A stretch of 39,819 nucleotides of DNA from Patescibacteria group bacterium (GTDB lineage Bacteria > Patescibacteriota > Minisyncoccia > Phycocordibacterales > DATDSR01). The notes under the pieces were generated by a model. The model searched no databases and was not told where the DNA came from. It saw only the letters and a program-made list of their open reading frames with translations. The stretch lies in contig JBBTXQ010000027.1 in assembly GCA_038062165.1 (NCBI GenBank), positions 1-39,819 of the forward strand. The letters run 5' to 3'. Position 1 is the stretch's first letter. Every line of letters begins with the position of its first letter. The position numbers and the translations under genes were made by a program. Shown in pieces: positions 1 through 8,999 of the stretch.

Positions 1-75
1 CATGTACTCTCTGAAGTCTCTTTACTTGAATTATGATAGAGTGAAAATTAAGCCAGAAAAGATCCAAAATCAAAT

Positions 76-1203
76 ATGAATAGTATACAAATGGTAGACC
101 TTGTCGGTCAGTACAAGGAGATTAAAACAGAAATTGATAAAGCAATTTCTGCCGTATTATTATCGGCCAAGTTTGTAAATGGCCCCGAGGTTCATGAATT
201 TGCCACTAATCTTAAAAATTACACCGGAGCGGGGTTCGTGGTTCCGTGTGCAAATGGAACCGATGCCCTCCAGATTGCCATGATGGCTCTTGAATTTGAG
301 CGTGGGGATGAAATAATCGTACCGGCGTTTACTTATGTCGCTACTGTTGAGGCAATTGCTTTGCTAGGCCTTAAACCACGACTTGTAGATGTTGATCCGG
401 ACACATTTAACATAAATCCGAAATCCATAGAACAAAACATTAATTCTCGGACTAGAGGAATAGTCGCTGTTCACATGTTTGGCCAAGCGGCTGACATGGA
501 AGAAATAATGAAGATAGCACAAAAAAATAACTTAAAAGTTATCGAAGATAATGCTCAATCTATCGGGTGCGAAATAACTTTTTCAGATGGCAGCAAGAGA
601 CAAGCCGGTACCATAGGACATATTGGCACTACTTCTTTTTTCCCTTCAAAAAATCTCGGAGCTTATGGGGATGGGGGTGCGATTTTTACCAGTGACGGGC
701 AGTTAAGTGATAGGCTTAAAACAATAAGTAGCCACGGCCAAAGACAGAAGTACTGCTATGATGAGATAGGAGTAAATTCAAGATTGGATACTATCCAGGC
801 CGCTATACTTAATGTGAAGCTTAAGAAACTAGACGAATATATTTCGCGAAGACAAAAAATTGCCGCATATTATGATGCGCAGTTAGGAAGTTTGGATAAC
901 GTTTCAATTCCTAAACGTAACAAAAAAAGTACGCACGTATTTCATCAGTATACTTTGAAATTACACAACAAAGACAGAGGCGTTTTTCAAGATTATTTAA
1001 AGGGGAAAGGGATACCCACAATGATTTATTACCCGTTACCTATGCATCTCCAAAAAGCGTATTTGCATTATGGGCACAAGAAAGGTGATTTCCCCATTTC
1101 AGAAAAATTGTGCGAAGAAGTGATTTCCATCCCCATGCATACCCAAATGAACGATGCAGCGCTCGAGTTCATCACCGGGATTATTAGACAATATTTCGAA
1201 TAA
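76..1203 (+). CDS. DegT/DnrJ/EryC1/StrS PLP-dependent sugar aminotransferase, WbpE/WlbC-like
   Basis: Motifs [29 protein letters not shown] (PLP lysine) and NSRLD; adjacent to WbpD- and WbpB-like genes. Confidence 0.92.
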   Translation: MNSIQMVDLVGQYKEIKTEIDKAISAVLLSAKFVNGPEVHEFATNLKNYTGAGFVVPCANGTDALQIAMMALEFERGDEIIVPAFTYVATVEAIALLGLKPRLVDVDPDTFNINPKSIEQNINSRTRGIVAVHMFGQAADMEEIMKIAQKNNLKVIEDNAQSIGCEITFSDGSKRQAGTIGHIGTTSFFPSKNLGAYGDGGAIFTSDGQLSDRLKTISSHGQRQKYCYDEIGVNSRLDTIQAAILNVKLKKLDEYISRRQKIAAYYDAQLGSLDNVSIPKRNKKSTHVFHQYTLKLHNKDRGVFQDYLKGKGIPTMIYYPLPMHLQKAYLHYGHKKGDFPISEKLCEEVISIPMHTQMNDAALEFITGIIRQYFE

Positions 1204-1204
1204 G

Positions 1205-1804
1205 ATGGAGAACAAAAAAATTGAGAACAAAAAGGAATTTTTTGCCCATGAGACGGCAGTTATAGATGAGGGTGCCAAGATTGGCAAGGGCACTAAGATT
1301 TGGCACTTCTGTCATGTCATGCCTGAATCACAAATAGGCGAGGGTTGTAATTTGGGCCAAAATGTATTAGTTTCACCTGGTGTAATACTGGGCAAGAACG
1401 TAAAGGTCCAAAACAACGTGTCTCTCTATACTGGTGTTATTTGCGAAGACGATGTTTTCCTTGGGCCTTCGGTGGTTTTTACGAACATAAAGAACCCCAG
1501 AAGTGCAGTTGTGAGAAAGGGTCAGTATGAGCAAACATTGGTTAAAAAGGGCGCTAGTATAGGGGCCAACGCCACAGTCATTTGTGGCGTTACGATCGGA
1601 GAGTATGCTTTTGTAGGAGCAGGAGCAGTGGTTACCAAGGACGTTTCTCCATATGCTTTAGTTGTAGGTAATCCAGCAAGACAGATTGGTTGGGTTAGTG
1701 AGTATGGACACAGGTTGGAGTTTAAAGAGGGGATTGCAACGTGTCCAGAGAGTGGTGAGAAATACGAACTATCTGACGACGAAGTAAGAAAGATTAATAA
1801 ATAA
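1205..1804 (+). CDS. Hexapeptide-repeat N-acetyltransferase, WbpD/WlbB-like
   Basis: Left-handed beta-helix repeats, [34 protein letters not shown]. Start moved from 1154 to the in-frame ATG at 1205, just after the upstream stop. Confidence 0.9.
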   Translation: MENKKIENKKEFFAHETAVIDEGAKIGKGTKIWHFCHVMPESQIGEGCNLGQNVLVSPGVILGKNVKVQNNVSLYTGVICEDDVFLGPSVVFTNIKNPRSAVVRKGQYEQTLVKKGASIGANATVICGVTIGEYAFVGAGAVVTKDVSPYALVVGNPARQIGWVSEYGHRLEFKEGIATCPESGEKYELSDDEVRKINK

Positions 1805-1810
1805 TAGATA

Positions 1811-2755
1811 ATGAAAAGGTTCGCCCTTATTGGTGCCGCCGGCTATATCGCCGAAAAGCATATGAAAGCTATTGCCGAGACCGGCAATGATTTGGTGGCT
1901 GCCGTAGATATCAGCGATAGTGTTGGCATACTTGATAAGTATTTTCCGCAGGCACACTTCTTCACAGATTTTGAAAAATTTGAAAAGCATATCGATCTTC
2001 TTCGCGAACAGGGCGAAAAAATAGACTATGTCAGCATATGTACTCCAAATTATCTACATGATTCGCACATTAGATTTGCTCTAAAATGTGGAGCGGATGC
2101 AATATGTGAAAAGCCTCTGGCTTTGGATCCAAGGGGTGTGGAAGCCTTGGCAGACTTTGAGAGAAAGGGAGAGAATAAAATTTATACTATTCTCCAATTA
2201 AGACTCCATCCTAAGATGATTGAGCTTAAAAAGAGAATAGAAGATGGTCCCAAAGACAAGATTTATGATGTGATCCTCACGTACAATCCTCTAAGAGGAA
2301 GATGGTATTTTTCAAGCTGGAAAGGTCAAGATGAGAAGGCGGGAGGAATTGTAATGAATATTGGCGTGCATTTTTTCGATACACTTATTTGGTTGTTCGG
2401 TAATGTTAAGGAGAGCATCGTTCACGTTATGGAGCCCGACAGATCGGCCGGTTATCTTGATTTGGAAAGAGCAAGAGTGAAATGGCTCCTCTCGTTGCGT
2501 GAGGATACTCTTCCAGCGCACATAAAAATAAAACCTCTGGGTGATCGGTATTACAGATCAATAACAGTTGATGGGGAAGAGGTCGAATTTAGTACCGGGT
2601 TTGCAGATCTGCACACTCTCTCCTATAAAGAAATTTTAAGAGGCGATGGTTTTGGTCCTCGAGAGGTGATGCCAAGCATTGAGGTAGTACATAATATACG
2701 TATAGCCAAGCCAATTGGTCTCAAAGGGGAATATCATCCATTTTTAAAAAAATGA
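1811..2755 (+). CDS. Gfo/Idh/MocA NAD-dependent oxidoreductase, WbpB/WlbA-like UDP-GlcNAcA 3-dehydrogenase
   Basis: FALIGAAGYIA, ICTPNYLHDSH, ICEKPL, NIGVHFFD, GFADLHT.SY motifs. Confidence 0.9.
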   Translation: MKRFALIGAAGYIAEKHMKAIAETGNDLVAAVDISDSVGILDKYFPQAHFFTDFEKFEKHIDLLREQGEKIDYVSICTPNYLHDSHIRFALKCGADAICEKPLALDPRGVEALADFERKGENKIYTILQLRLHPKMIELKKRIEDGPKDKIYDVILTYNPLRGRWYFSSWKGQDEKAGGIVMNIGVHFFDTLIWLFGNVKESIVHVMEPDRSAGYLDLERARVKWLLSLREDTLPAHIKIKPLGDRYYRSITVDGEEVEFSTGFADLHTLSYKEILRGDGFGPREVMPSIEVVHNIRIAKPIGLKGEYHPFLKK

Positions 2756-2776
2756 GTGGCTATATAATGACTATGA

Positions 2777-3478
2777 ATGACAGAGGATATTAGTAGAAAG
2801 AATATCGAAAGTTTTTCTTCCACTAATTCTGTGGAAGCCTACTCGAATGATTACTTGCGTGAGAGCGAGCGTTATGTGATAGATACTTATGGCACGAGGG
2901 GCAAGCGGGTGCTTGATCTCGGTTGCGGCACAGGTCGCACAACTTCGTACATATATAAGAATGGTGCAGATGTAGTGGGGATTGATCCGGCCGAAGGCAT
3001 GATTACTCGAGGTCGCGAGTTGCATCCAGAATTGGACTTGCGAGTGGGGGACGCGCGCCATCTCGATTTCCCAGACAATTATTTTGATTTAGTTTTTTTC
3101 TCATTCAATGGTTTGGATAATCTTTACCCAATTTCAGAAAGGCAAAATGCAGTCAGAGAGATTAAGAGAGTTTTGAAAACTGGCGGGATCTTCGCCTATT
3201 CATCCCACAATTCGCTTGCCTTGCCGCGCACCGCAAGAGGCTTAAGGGATTGGTTCCTAAATCTGCCACATTTCCATTTAGGCCCTCATTATAGAATTGA
3301 ACGTCATGATTTCGGCAAACTAATTCAGTACTACAACAACGTCTGGAACGAAGAGCGCTGGATCACATCTGAAGGTTTTAAGCTTGAGAAGCGCATCGGC
3401 GGCCCCTTCAGCGAGCGCTTCCCCATGTATATCTGCCGCAAGCCACAACTTGGAGGCCTTGCCTCTAAGTTGTTATAG
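2777..3478 (+). CDS. Class I SAM-dependent methyltransferase
   Basis: VLDLGCGTG motif I, GDARHLDFPDNYFDLV, RVLKTGG; the last codons run through the hairpin at 3445-3473. Confidence 0.9.
   Translation: MTEDISRKNIESFSSTNSVEAYSNDYLRESERYVIDTYGTRGKRVLDLGCGTGRTTSYIYKNGADVVGIDPAEGMITRGRELHPELDLRVGDARHLDFPDNYFDLVFFSFNGLDNLYPISERQNAVREIKRVLKTGGIFAYSSHNSLALPRTARGLRDWFLNLPHFHLGPHYRIERHDFGKLIQYYNNVWNEERWITSEGFKLEKRIGGPFSERFPMYICRKPQLGGLASKLL
3445..3473. repeat. REP-like hairpin in the methyltransferase 3' end
   Basis: ACAACTTGGAGGC-CTT-GCCTCTAAGTTGT; 13-bp stem with one G-T pair; GGAGG-N5-CCTC core. Confidence 0.75.
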
Positions 3479-3490
3479 GTGCTACACCTG

Positions 3491-3519
3491 TTGACATTCG
3501 TCAAGTTCTCTGATAGCCT
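3491..3519 (+). promoter_or_regulatory. Sigma70 promoter of orphan ORF 3546
   Basis: TTGACA (3491-3496), 17-nt spacer, TG-a-TAGCCT; a TTGAC-N4-GTCAA dyad overlaps the -35. Confidence 0.6.
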
Positions 3520-3545
3520 CCGTTTAGAAAGAGAGGTAAAGGGCC

Positions 3546-3920
3546 ATGGGACTTAACCTATCAATTTATCCACTTGTGGATCCAAGCCGTTTAAGGGGAA
3601 CTGCGAGTTGTCTAGACAGGCTTTCCTTCGATCGGGATTATAGGATCTTTGCTCAATTCTCCGACGCAGAGCTTCGAGCCGGAGATACGCCAGAATATCC
3701 TGTAGGCTCTATCAAGTGCGAGAGGATTCCTTCGGACTGCTGGCTGGACATAAACGGCAAGAGAACGAGAAAAAACGGTGATCAGGTGGTCACCTTCGTC
3801 TATGCCGAAGACGCTCAAAGACTCATGATGCCAGCCGATACGTCACAGAAGAACAAGGCCATCAAAGCCTTCATCGATGCTCTGCCTCCGGATGCTCCAA
3901 TCATCCTTTGGTGGAGCTAA
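3546..3920 (+). CDS. Hypothetical protein (stand-alone orphan cassette)
   Basis: 124-aa ORF with GAGGT Shine-Dalgarno, own promoter and downstream hairpin; no family recognised with confidence. Confidence 0.7.
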   Translation: MGLNLSIYPLVDPSRLRGTASCLDRLSFDRDYRIFAQFSDAELRAGDTPEYPVGSIKCERIPSDCWLDINGKRTRKNGDQVVTFVYAEDAQRLMMPADTSQKNKAIKAFIDALPPDAPIILWWS

Positions 3921-3937
3921 TTTGGAATCTCGCACAC

Positions 3938-3964
3938 GAACCCCGAGGATCATCCTCGGGGTTC
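3938..3964. terminator. Hairpin after ORF 3546, probable terminator
   Basis: GAACCCCGAGGAT-C-ATCCTCGGGGTTC perfect inverted repeat; no strong U-tract. Confidence 0.6.
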
Positions 3965-4002
3965 TCATATTTATACTAGAATTTTTGAATTAGAGAATCC
4001 CC

Positions 4003-4019
4003 CGGAGGGTAACCCTCCG
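4003..4019. repeat. REP palindrome, RAYT1 type
   Basis: CGGAGGGTAACCCTCCG; reverse complement of the copies at 4052 and 4332. Confidence 0.9.
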
Positions 4020-4038
4020 TAGCAAAGCAATGATAACT

Positions 4039-4085
4039 CTAATTTGTCAAACGGAGGGTTACCCTCCGTAGGTTAGCCATTCGAG
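4039..4085 (-). pseudogene. Remnant 3' tail of a second RAYT allele
   Basis: Aligns with 4369-4419 (RAYT1 3' end); the minus strand reads LEWLTYGG* versus LDWLTYEPT... in RAYT1. Confidence 0.65.
4052..4068. repeat. REP palindrome, RAYT1 type
   Basis: CGGAGGGTTACCCTCCG. Confidence 0.9.
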
Positions 4086-4362
4086 TCACAATTCACTTGC
4101 CATCCCACACACATTGCCCGGCCTGAAAGATTTATTTAGAAATATGTTCAAATTGCGAGTAGGCCCTCATTATCGCAATATCAACCAAGGTTTCGGGCCC
4201 CTAGTGCAGTACTATAACAACGTCTGGCAGGAAAAAAAGTTCATAGAAAATTGTGGATTTAGGTTATTAGAACGCCTCGGAGGTTCCGTGAGAGAACGCT
4301 TCCCCCTTTATATTTGCAAAAAATCACAACCCGGAGGGTTACCCTCCGGAACAACACGATAA
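4078..4362 (+). pseudogene. 5'-truncated paralogue (C-terminal part) of the methyltransferase at 2777
   Basis: HSSHNSLAIP...GPHYR...QYYNNVW...ERFPLYICKKSQ aligns without gaps to YSSHNSLALP...GPHYR...QYYNNVW...ERFPMYICRKPQ; SAM-binding region absent. Confidence 0.85.
4331..4349. repeat. REP palindrome, RAYT1 type
   Basis: CCGGAGGGTTACCCTCCGG. Confidence 0.9.
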
Positions 4363-4368
4363 AGAAAG

Positions 4369-5052
4369 CTACTTGTCAAACAAGGGGTTACCCTTCGTAG
4401 GTTCGTAGGTTAGCCAATCAAGCATTTCGGTTTCGTATTCTTCAATATTTGCAAAATATTTTGGAAAGGTATCTAAGTTTAATATCTTAGATTCCGGTCT
4501 CCATAGGTCCAGATGATCGGAGTAACTTGAGAATTTGTAATCTCGCAAATTTTGTAATACCTTTCTCGCCGCATGCTTATTCAGTTTGCCGGGTTTAATT
4601 CCAAACAATGCTCCAGGATTTAGGTGAATGTATGCGAACAAATATTTTAGGTGTTCGTTATTTTTTATATGTACGGCCTTGAATGTTCCCTCAAACAGTC
4701 TGCCAGTTCTATTATTACAGAGATTGAAGTACATAGAGTGAGACGTACCTAATTTCATCATAAATTTACTTATACCTCCTTCCTGTCTCTCCTTGGCAAG
4801 TACATGGTGATGGTTGTCCATCATTGCGTAGGAACCAATGTCGATTAATCTCTTCCCAACATCAACATCGTAGGCAGAATCAATAGTTGGAATTTCCCGA
4901 AAGTTTAATTCTTTGTTTCCGTTGCACAAGTAGAGTAATTTTTGAAATCTGATTTTGTCATTCTCGTTAGTGAAAATATTTCTCTTCTCAATGCCTCGGT
5001 TAAAGCAGTGATAGTACTCATTTAGAGAAAATTTAAAGTTTCTAGTTGCCAT
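4369..5052 (-). mobile_element. REP-associated tyrosine transposase (RAYT, HUH/Y1 superfamily), RAYT1
   Basis: YYHCFNRG, MDNHHH (HUH position), GRLFEG.F, YIHLNP (catalytic Tyr) and YKFSSY motifs; flanked by palindromes. Confidence 0.9.
4381..4397. repeat. Degenerate RAYT1-type REP inside the last codons of RAYT1
   Basis: CAAGGGGTTACCCTTCG; 4 mismatches to the consensus. Confidence 0.7.
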
Positions 5053-5082
5053 GTAGTAATTTTATACTAATCCACTCTTCTA

Positions 5083-5099
5083 CAAAGGGTAACCCTCCG
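5083..5099. repeat. Degenerate RAYT1-type REP upstream of RAYT1
   Basis: CAAAGGGTAACCCTCCG; 2 mismatches to the 4003 copy. Confidence 0.8.
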
Positions 5100-5162
5100 G
5101 AATTATGACATATTGATAATAATCAGTAAACATGATAGGGTGTGCAGAGGGAGGACAAAGCA

Positions 5163-5465
5163 ATGTACAACGTTGCATTTGTGTACACGAGAGAAACTGG
5201 TGGCTTCGAAGGAGTTGTGACATGGTGCACTTTCAAATCCAAAGAGGATTTCGACAAATTTTACACAGATGAGATCCGAAAAAGAGAACGAGTGGTGGAA
5301 GAAGGGATCTCGCAAGAACGTTGTATCGAACTTGTTAAGTTGACCCCTCATGCTTGTAGAGTAGCCGCTGCCATTCAAAAGGCAACGGGGCCGGATGGAG
5401 AAATTGATGTGGAATCGCTAAAAATGGAACTCCACATGGCACTAATGGCAAGCAGTCTGGAGTAG
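5163..5465 (+). CDS. Hypothetical protein (stand-alone orphan cassette)
   Basis: Start moved to the ATG at 5163 behind GGAGG (5150-5154); promoter TTGATA-17-TAGGGT at 5113-5141. Confidence 0.7.
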   Translation: MYNVAFVYTRETGGFEGVVTWCTFKSKEDFDKFYTDEIRKRERVVEEGISQERCIELVKLTPHACRVAAAIQKATGPDGEIDVESLKMELHMALMASSLE

Positions 5466-5484
5466 CATCGACTGCTCGAGTAAC

Positions 5485-5518
5485 AAGGGGCCACGTTCTG
5501 ACGAGAACGTGGCCCCTT
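5485..5518. terminator. Hairpin after ORF 5163, probable terminator
   Basis: AAGGGGCCACGTTCT-GACG-AGAACGTGGCCCCTT perfect 15-bp stem. Confidence 0.7.
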
Positions 5519-5561
5519 ACAATTTTTCGGGCGAATTTTATGCTAGACTTTTTAATACTTT

Positions 5562-6278
5562 ATGATTTTGATTCACAGAAAGTTCGGTTTGTTTAAGTCA
5601 GTTAGGATTTTACTCCAAAGGGAGACTTTGGAGCAGATTCTAAAATTCAGCAAATGGGATTACGTGACTGTTGTTTCTTATAATCCTTTACCAGAATTGG
5701 AGAAAGCGGGATTTGTTTTGACTACGAAAAATATCGCTAATATTTACTTAGGCGAGAGAAAAAGTGATGAGGAAATTCTGGCAAGTTTCTCTCGCAACAC
5801 ACGCAATGAGATACACAGAACTGAAACGATTCAGGAATTACGATTCATGATTCATGAAGGGTATAAAAAAGAAGAATACGAGTTGTATGAAAGTTTTGAG
5901 AAGAGCCAAGATAGGAAACCTTGGAGAGAGGAGACGCTAAAAGAGGGAATTGTGCACTTCAATGCTTATTATAAGGGTGAGTTAGTCTCAAGTCTGCCTT
6001 GTTATGATCTATTTCCAGCACTTCAGGTGCGGGCCATGTTTTCTAAGCGTTTAAGTACACACGATCATGAATTTAACAAGATAATTAGCAACGCGAACAG
6101 AAGGTTGGTTTACGAAACTTGCAAATGGGCGCTTAATAAAGGGTATAAATTTGTTGGTTTGGGTGCTGTTACTACCAGTACAGAACAAAAGGCGAATGTG
6201 GCCCAGTTTAAGATGTTCTTTGATCCTAAAGTAGAGACAGAATACACCTATACACGTAGGCCTTGGTTTATGTTATGA
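5562..6278 (+). CDS. GNAT/FemAB-like acyltransferase-fold protein
   Basis: EEILASFSRNTRNEI and ANRRLVYE..KWA..KGYKFVGLG...QFKMFF resemble FemAB/Acetyltransf_6 signatures. Confidence 0.6.
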   Translation: MILIHRKFGLFKSVRILLQRETLEQILKFSKWDYVTVVSYNPLPELEKAGFVLTTKNIANIYLGERKSDEEILASFSRNTRNEIHRTETIQELRFMIHEGYKKEEYELYESFEKSQDRKPWREETLKEGIVHFNAYYKGELVSSLPCYDLFPALQVRAMFSKRLSTHDHEFNKIISNANRRLVYETCKWALNKGYKFVGLGAVTTSTEQKANVAQFKMFFDPKVETEYTYTRRPWFML

Positions 6279-6285
6279 TTGCCAC

Positions 6286-8505
6286 ATGCCCGTGAATACG
6301 ACTGACAAGGTTCTCAAAGGTTTGCTGTATCTGTCTCTATTTGCCGCGCTTTTCCTCCCTCTGTTCGTAGCTAATGGTATGTTTTTCCCTTTCATCGTCG
6401 GCAAGAATTTTGCTTTTCGCATAATTGTTGAGATCGCTCTTGCTATTTGGCTTATCTTATTATCACGCAAGGCCATCACCGGTCCCAAATCGTCATGGAT
6501 CGTCACGACAGTTGCGATTTTCGCTTGTGTTTTAATATTAGCCGCGATTTTTAGCGTTAATCCATACCGAAGTTTCTGGTCTAACTATGAACGCATGGAT
6601 GGTCTCATCAATCTACTTCATGTTTTCGGCTATTTCTTTTTGATGGCTTCAGTTTTCAATACCCAGAAATTGTGGAATTGGTACTTACACACATCGCTTG
6701 CCTCGGCCACCATCACTTCCCTTATCGGCTTGGCCCAACTTACGGGGCTGAAAGCTATCAGCCAGAGTAGTACGCGAGTAGATACCACTTTCGGCAATGC
6801 CACTTACTTGGCTGTGTACATGTTCTTTCACATTTTCATCGCCCTGTACTTTTTCATCAAGAATCGCGATTTAAACAAATGGCATAGAATAGGTTACGGC
6901 GCGCTTGTCTTACTTTATGGCTTGATTCTCTATCACACAGCCACAAGAGGCGCAATTTTGGGATTAATTGGCGGTCTCATTTTCGCTCTCATTCTCTCGT
7001 TTTTCACAACAGAGGGGAGGATGCGCAAATTAATCGCCGCTCCACTTGTACTCATTGTTCTCTTTGCTGGGGGATTTTATCTTGCTCGTGATACTAAATT
7101 TGTCCAAGGGAGTCCTGTGTTAAGCCGATTTTCCAATATGTCACTTAAAGATTCCACCACGCGCACGCGCTTCATTGTTTGGAGCATGGCTCTCAAGGGT
7201 GTAGCCGAGAGGCCAATTTTAGGCTGGGGTCAAGAGAATTTCAACATAGTTTTCAATAAGCATTATGACGCGCGTCTGCATAGTCAAGAGACTTGGTTCG
7301 ACAGAGCTCATAATGTATTCCTAGATTGGCTTGTGGCGGCCGGTATCTTGGGCCTTGCAGCGTATCTTTCTATCTTTGTAGCTTTATTTTGGATTATATG
7401 GAAAAACACGAGTTCTACTGTTTCTCGTTTAGAGCGTAATTTATTGGCGGGATTATTTGCTGGTTATTTATTCCAGAATATTTTCGTTTTCGATAACATT
7501 ACGAGCTATATAATGTTTTTCAGCCTACTTGCTTACATTCACTTTATTTCTGATAGGGAAGTCTCGTTTAATCTTGTGCAGAGAGTGCGAAGTTTATTTG
7601 CGCGTTTGGGAGCATTTATGTCTGGCGCGTATAGAACAATCGTTTATGCTCTCGTGCCCGTACTTGCAATTTTCGTTATTTACTTCGTTAATGTTAAGCC
7701 CATCAAAGCAAACGGTCTTATCCTTACTAATATGTATCCGAGAGTGATATCAGAAGAGCGCCTCACTAGCATAAGCAAGCTTTTCGATATGGGCACTTTC
7801 GGCAATATGGAAGCGCGCGAACAGTTGCTATTCTTATTGATAGAGGTGTCTGGTCAACAAAATGTAGATCAGAATCTCATGATGAAATATCTCGAGCTTG
7901 CCTATCAGCAAATGAGCAAACAACTTGAAAGCACAGGAAATGACGCTAGGCATCAACTTTTCATGGGATCATTCTTGCAGACATTTGGGAAGGCTGATGA
8001 CGCATTAGTTAACTACAAAAATGCGCAAGTCCTCTCACCCAAGAAGCAGATTATTCTTAATTCACTTTCTAGGGTTTATCTTGAGAAGGGGGATTATGCC
8101 GAAGCTATGCGCTTATCAAAAGAGGCTTACGAATCCGATCAATCATATAGTCGAGGAGCTATCGAGTATGCTATAACACTTATCTATGCAGGAGAAAATG
8201 AAGCTGCCGAAGCCCTTTTCAAAAAGCGTTTTGGCACAGAACTTGTGGCAGATCCTCGGGTCATTCAGGCGTATGTCCATCTTGGTAGGTACGACAAAAT
8301 AATCGCAATTTGGAAAGAGCAGATTGCTGATAATCCCACTAATCCTCAAGCGTACTTATCGCTTGCCGCAACCTATTATGCGGATCATCAAGACACTAAA
8401 GCTATCCAGACACTTAGACAGATGATAGAAGTTGATCCCAACACAAAAGCTCAAGCCGAAGAATATATAAAGCAAATTGAGTCAGGAACTCTTCCCCGAA
8501 ATTAG
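6286..8505 (+). CDS. O-antigen ligase/Wzy_C-family membrane protein with C-terminal TPR repeats
   Basis: About 12 hydrophobic segments; TFGNATYLA, TATRGA, RPILGWGQENF and FDRAHN motifs; TPR-like tail. Confidence 0.88.
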   Translation: MPVNTTDKVLKGLLYLSLFAALFLPLFVANGMFFPFIVGKNFAFRIIVEIALAIWLILLSRKAITGPKSSWIVTTVAIFACVLILAAIFSVNPYRSFWSNYERMDGLINLLHVFGYFFLMASVFNTQKLWNWYLHTSLASATITSLIGLAQLTGLKAISQSSTRVDTTFGNATYLAVYMFFHIFIALYFFIKNRDLNKWHRIGYGALVLLYGLILYHTATRGAILGLIGGLIFALILSFFTTEGRMRKLIAAPLVLIVLFAGGFYLARDTKFVQGSPVLSRFSNMSLKDSTTRTRFIVWSMALKGVAERPILGWGQENFNIVFNKHYDARLHSQETWFDRAHNVFLDWLVAAGILGLAAYLSIFVALFWIIWKNTSSTVSRLERNLLAGLFAGYLFQNIFVFDNITSYIMFFSLLAYIHFISDREVSFNLVQRVRSLFARLGAFMSGAYRTIVYALVPVLAIFVIYFVNVKPIKANGLILTNMYPRVISEERLTSISKLFDMGTFGNMEAREQLLFLLIEVSGQQNVDQNLMMKYLELAYQQMSKQLESTGNDARHQLFMGSFLQTFGKADDALVNYKNAQVLSPKKQIILNSLSRVYLEKGDYAEAMRLSKEAYESDQSYSRGAIEYAITLIYAGENEAAEALFKKRFGTELVADPRVIQAYVHLGRYDKIIAIWKEQIADNPTNPQAYLSLAATYYADHQDTKAIQTLRQMIEVDPNTKAQAEEYIKQIESGTLPRN

Positions 8506-8522
8506 GTCATATTAGTGACTTG

Positions 8523-8553
8523 ACCCCGTTAGAAATCATATTTCTAACGGGGT
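8523..8553. repeat. Palindromic element flanked by a TTGAC direct repeat
   Basis: ACCCCGTTAGAAAT-CAT-ATTTCTAACGGGGT perfect 14-bp stem; TTGAC at 8520 and 8553. Confidence 0.8.
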
Positions 8554-8604
8554 TGACAAATTAATTCTTTCTGATAGGATAGTTTATGTATGGGTGTGCT
8601 CCCT

Positions 8605-8625
8605 GCCCTGAGTTTATCGAAGGGC
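8605..8625. repeat. Short imperfect hairpin, REP-like
   Basis: GCCCTGAGTTTATCGAAGGGC; interrupts the longer stem of the candidate RNA. Confidence 0.5.
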
Positions 8626-8661
8626 CGATAGTAATATCATTGGGATCCTCTTACAAAATCG

Positions 8662-8693
8662 CTCAAAGCCGCCTTCGGGCGGCTTTGAGTTTT
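8662..8693 (+). terminator. Rho-independent terminator
   Basis: CTCAAAGCCGCC-TTCG-GGCGGCTTTGAG followed by TTTT. Confidence 0.8.
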
Positions 8694-8706
8694 AAAAGTT
8701 TATCTC

Positions 8707-8772
8707 CACTCACGACCCTCGGTGGCGACCTCCTACAAAATCTTATATGAGTGCGACCGAGAGTCGTGGGTG
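8707..8772. repeat. MITE-like imperfect inverted repeat
   Basis: CACTCACGACCCTCGGTGGCGAC ... GTGCGACCGAGAGTCGTGGGTG, arms of about 22 bp. Confidence 0.6.
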
Positions 8773-8809
8773 ATGACAACAAAAAATAGTATACCAAAAA
8801 TAAAAATAC

Positions 8810-8818
8810 TTATCCACA
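8810..8818 (+). promoter_or_regulatory. DnaA box consensus
   Basis: TTATCCACA perfect match, single copy; a one-mismatch box lies at 24669-24677 (minus strand). Confidence 0.45.
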
Positions 8819-8917
8819 CAATGCACTTGCATGCAACTTTTTGTGTGCAGATTGATTTATAATTGAGTGAAGGAGGAATCTCAAAAGGTCGAGAACAAAA
8901 AACAAAATAAAAATATT

Positions 8918-8977
8918 ATGGCAAAGAGAAAGAAGGCCACAAAAAAGAAGGCCAAGAAGCGATCAAAGAAGAGATAA
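8918..8977 (+). CDS. 19-aa Lys/Arg-rich micropeptide MAKRKKATKKKAKKRSKKR
   Basis: Not in the ORF track; TATAAT at 8858-8863, A-rich leader and own terminator at 9000-9029. Confidence 0.65.
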   Translation: MAKRKKATKKKAKKRSKKR

Positions 8978-8999
8978 TATCTTTATCTCCCACTAACAT

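Larger units (their letters stand above)
8586..8693 (+). ncRNA. Candidate small structured RNA (unassigned)
   Basis: TTGACA (8553) and TAGGAT (8575) upstream; imperfect rod hairpin capped by GATA-GTAA-TATC; ends in a UUCG terminator. Confidence 0.3.

Noticed and set aside
3190-4362. Diversity-generating retroelement (template/variable repeat pair)
   Set aside because: Differences between the two copies affect all four bases and are often synonymous rather than adenine-specific; no reverse transcriptase in the window
4003-5099. CRISPR array
   Set aside because: Repeats are only 17-19 bp, irregularly spaced, in both orientations and flank a RAYT; no cas genes
8586-8693. SRP RNA, tRNA or a known riboswitch
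   Set aside because: No SRP helix-8 motif, no cloverleaf with a T-loop and no aptamer consensus that I recognise; left as an unassigned candidate
8780-8870. Replication origin
   Set aside because: Only one perfect DnaA box, and no dnaA or dnaN nearby
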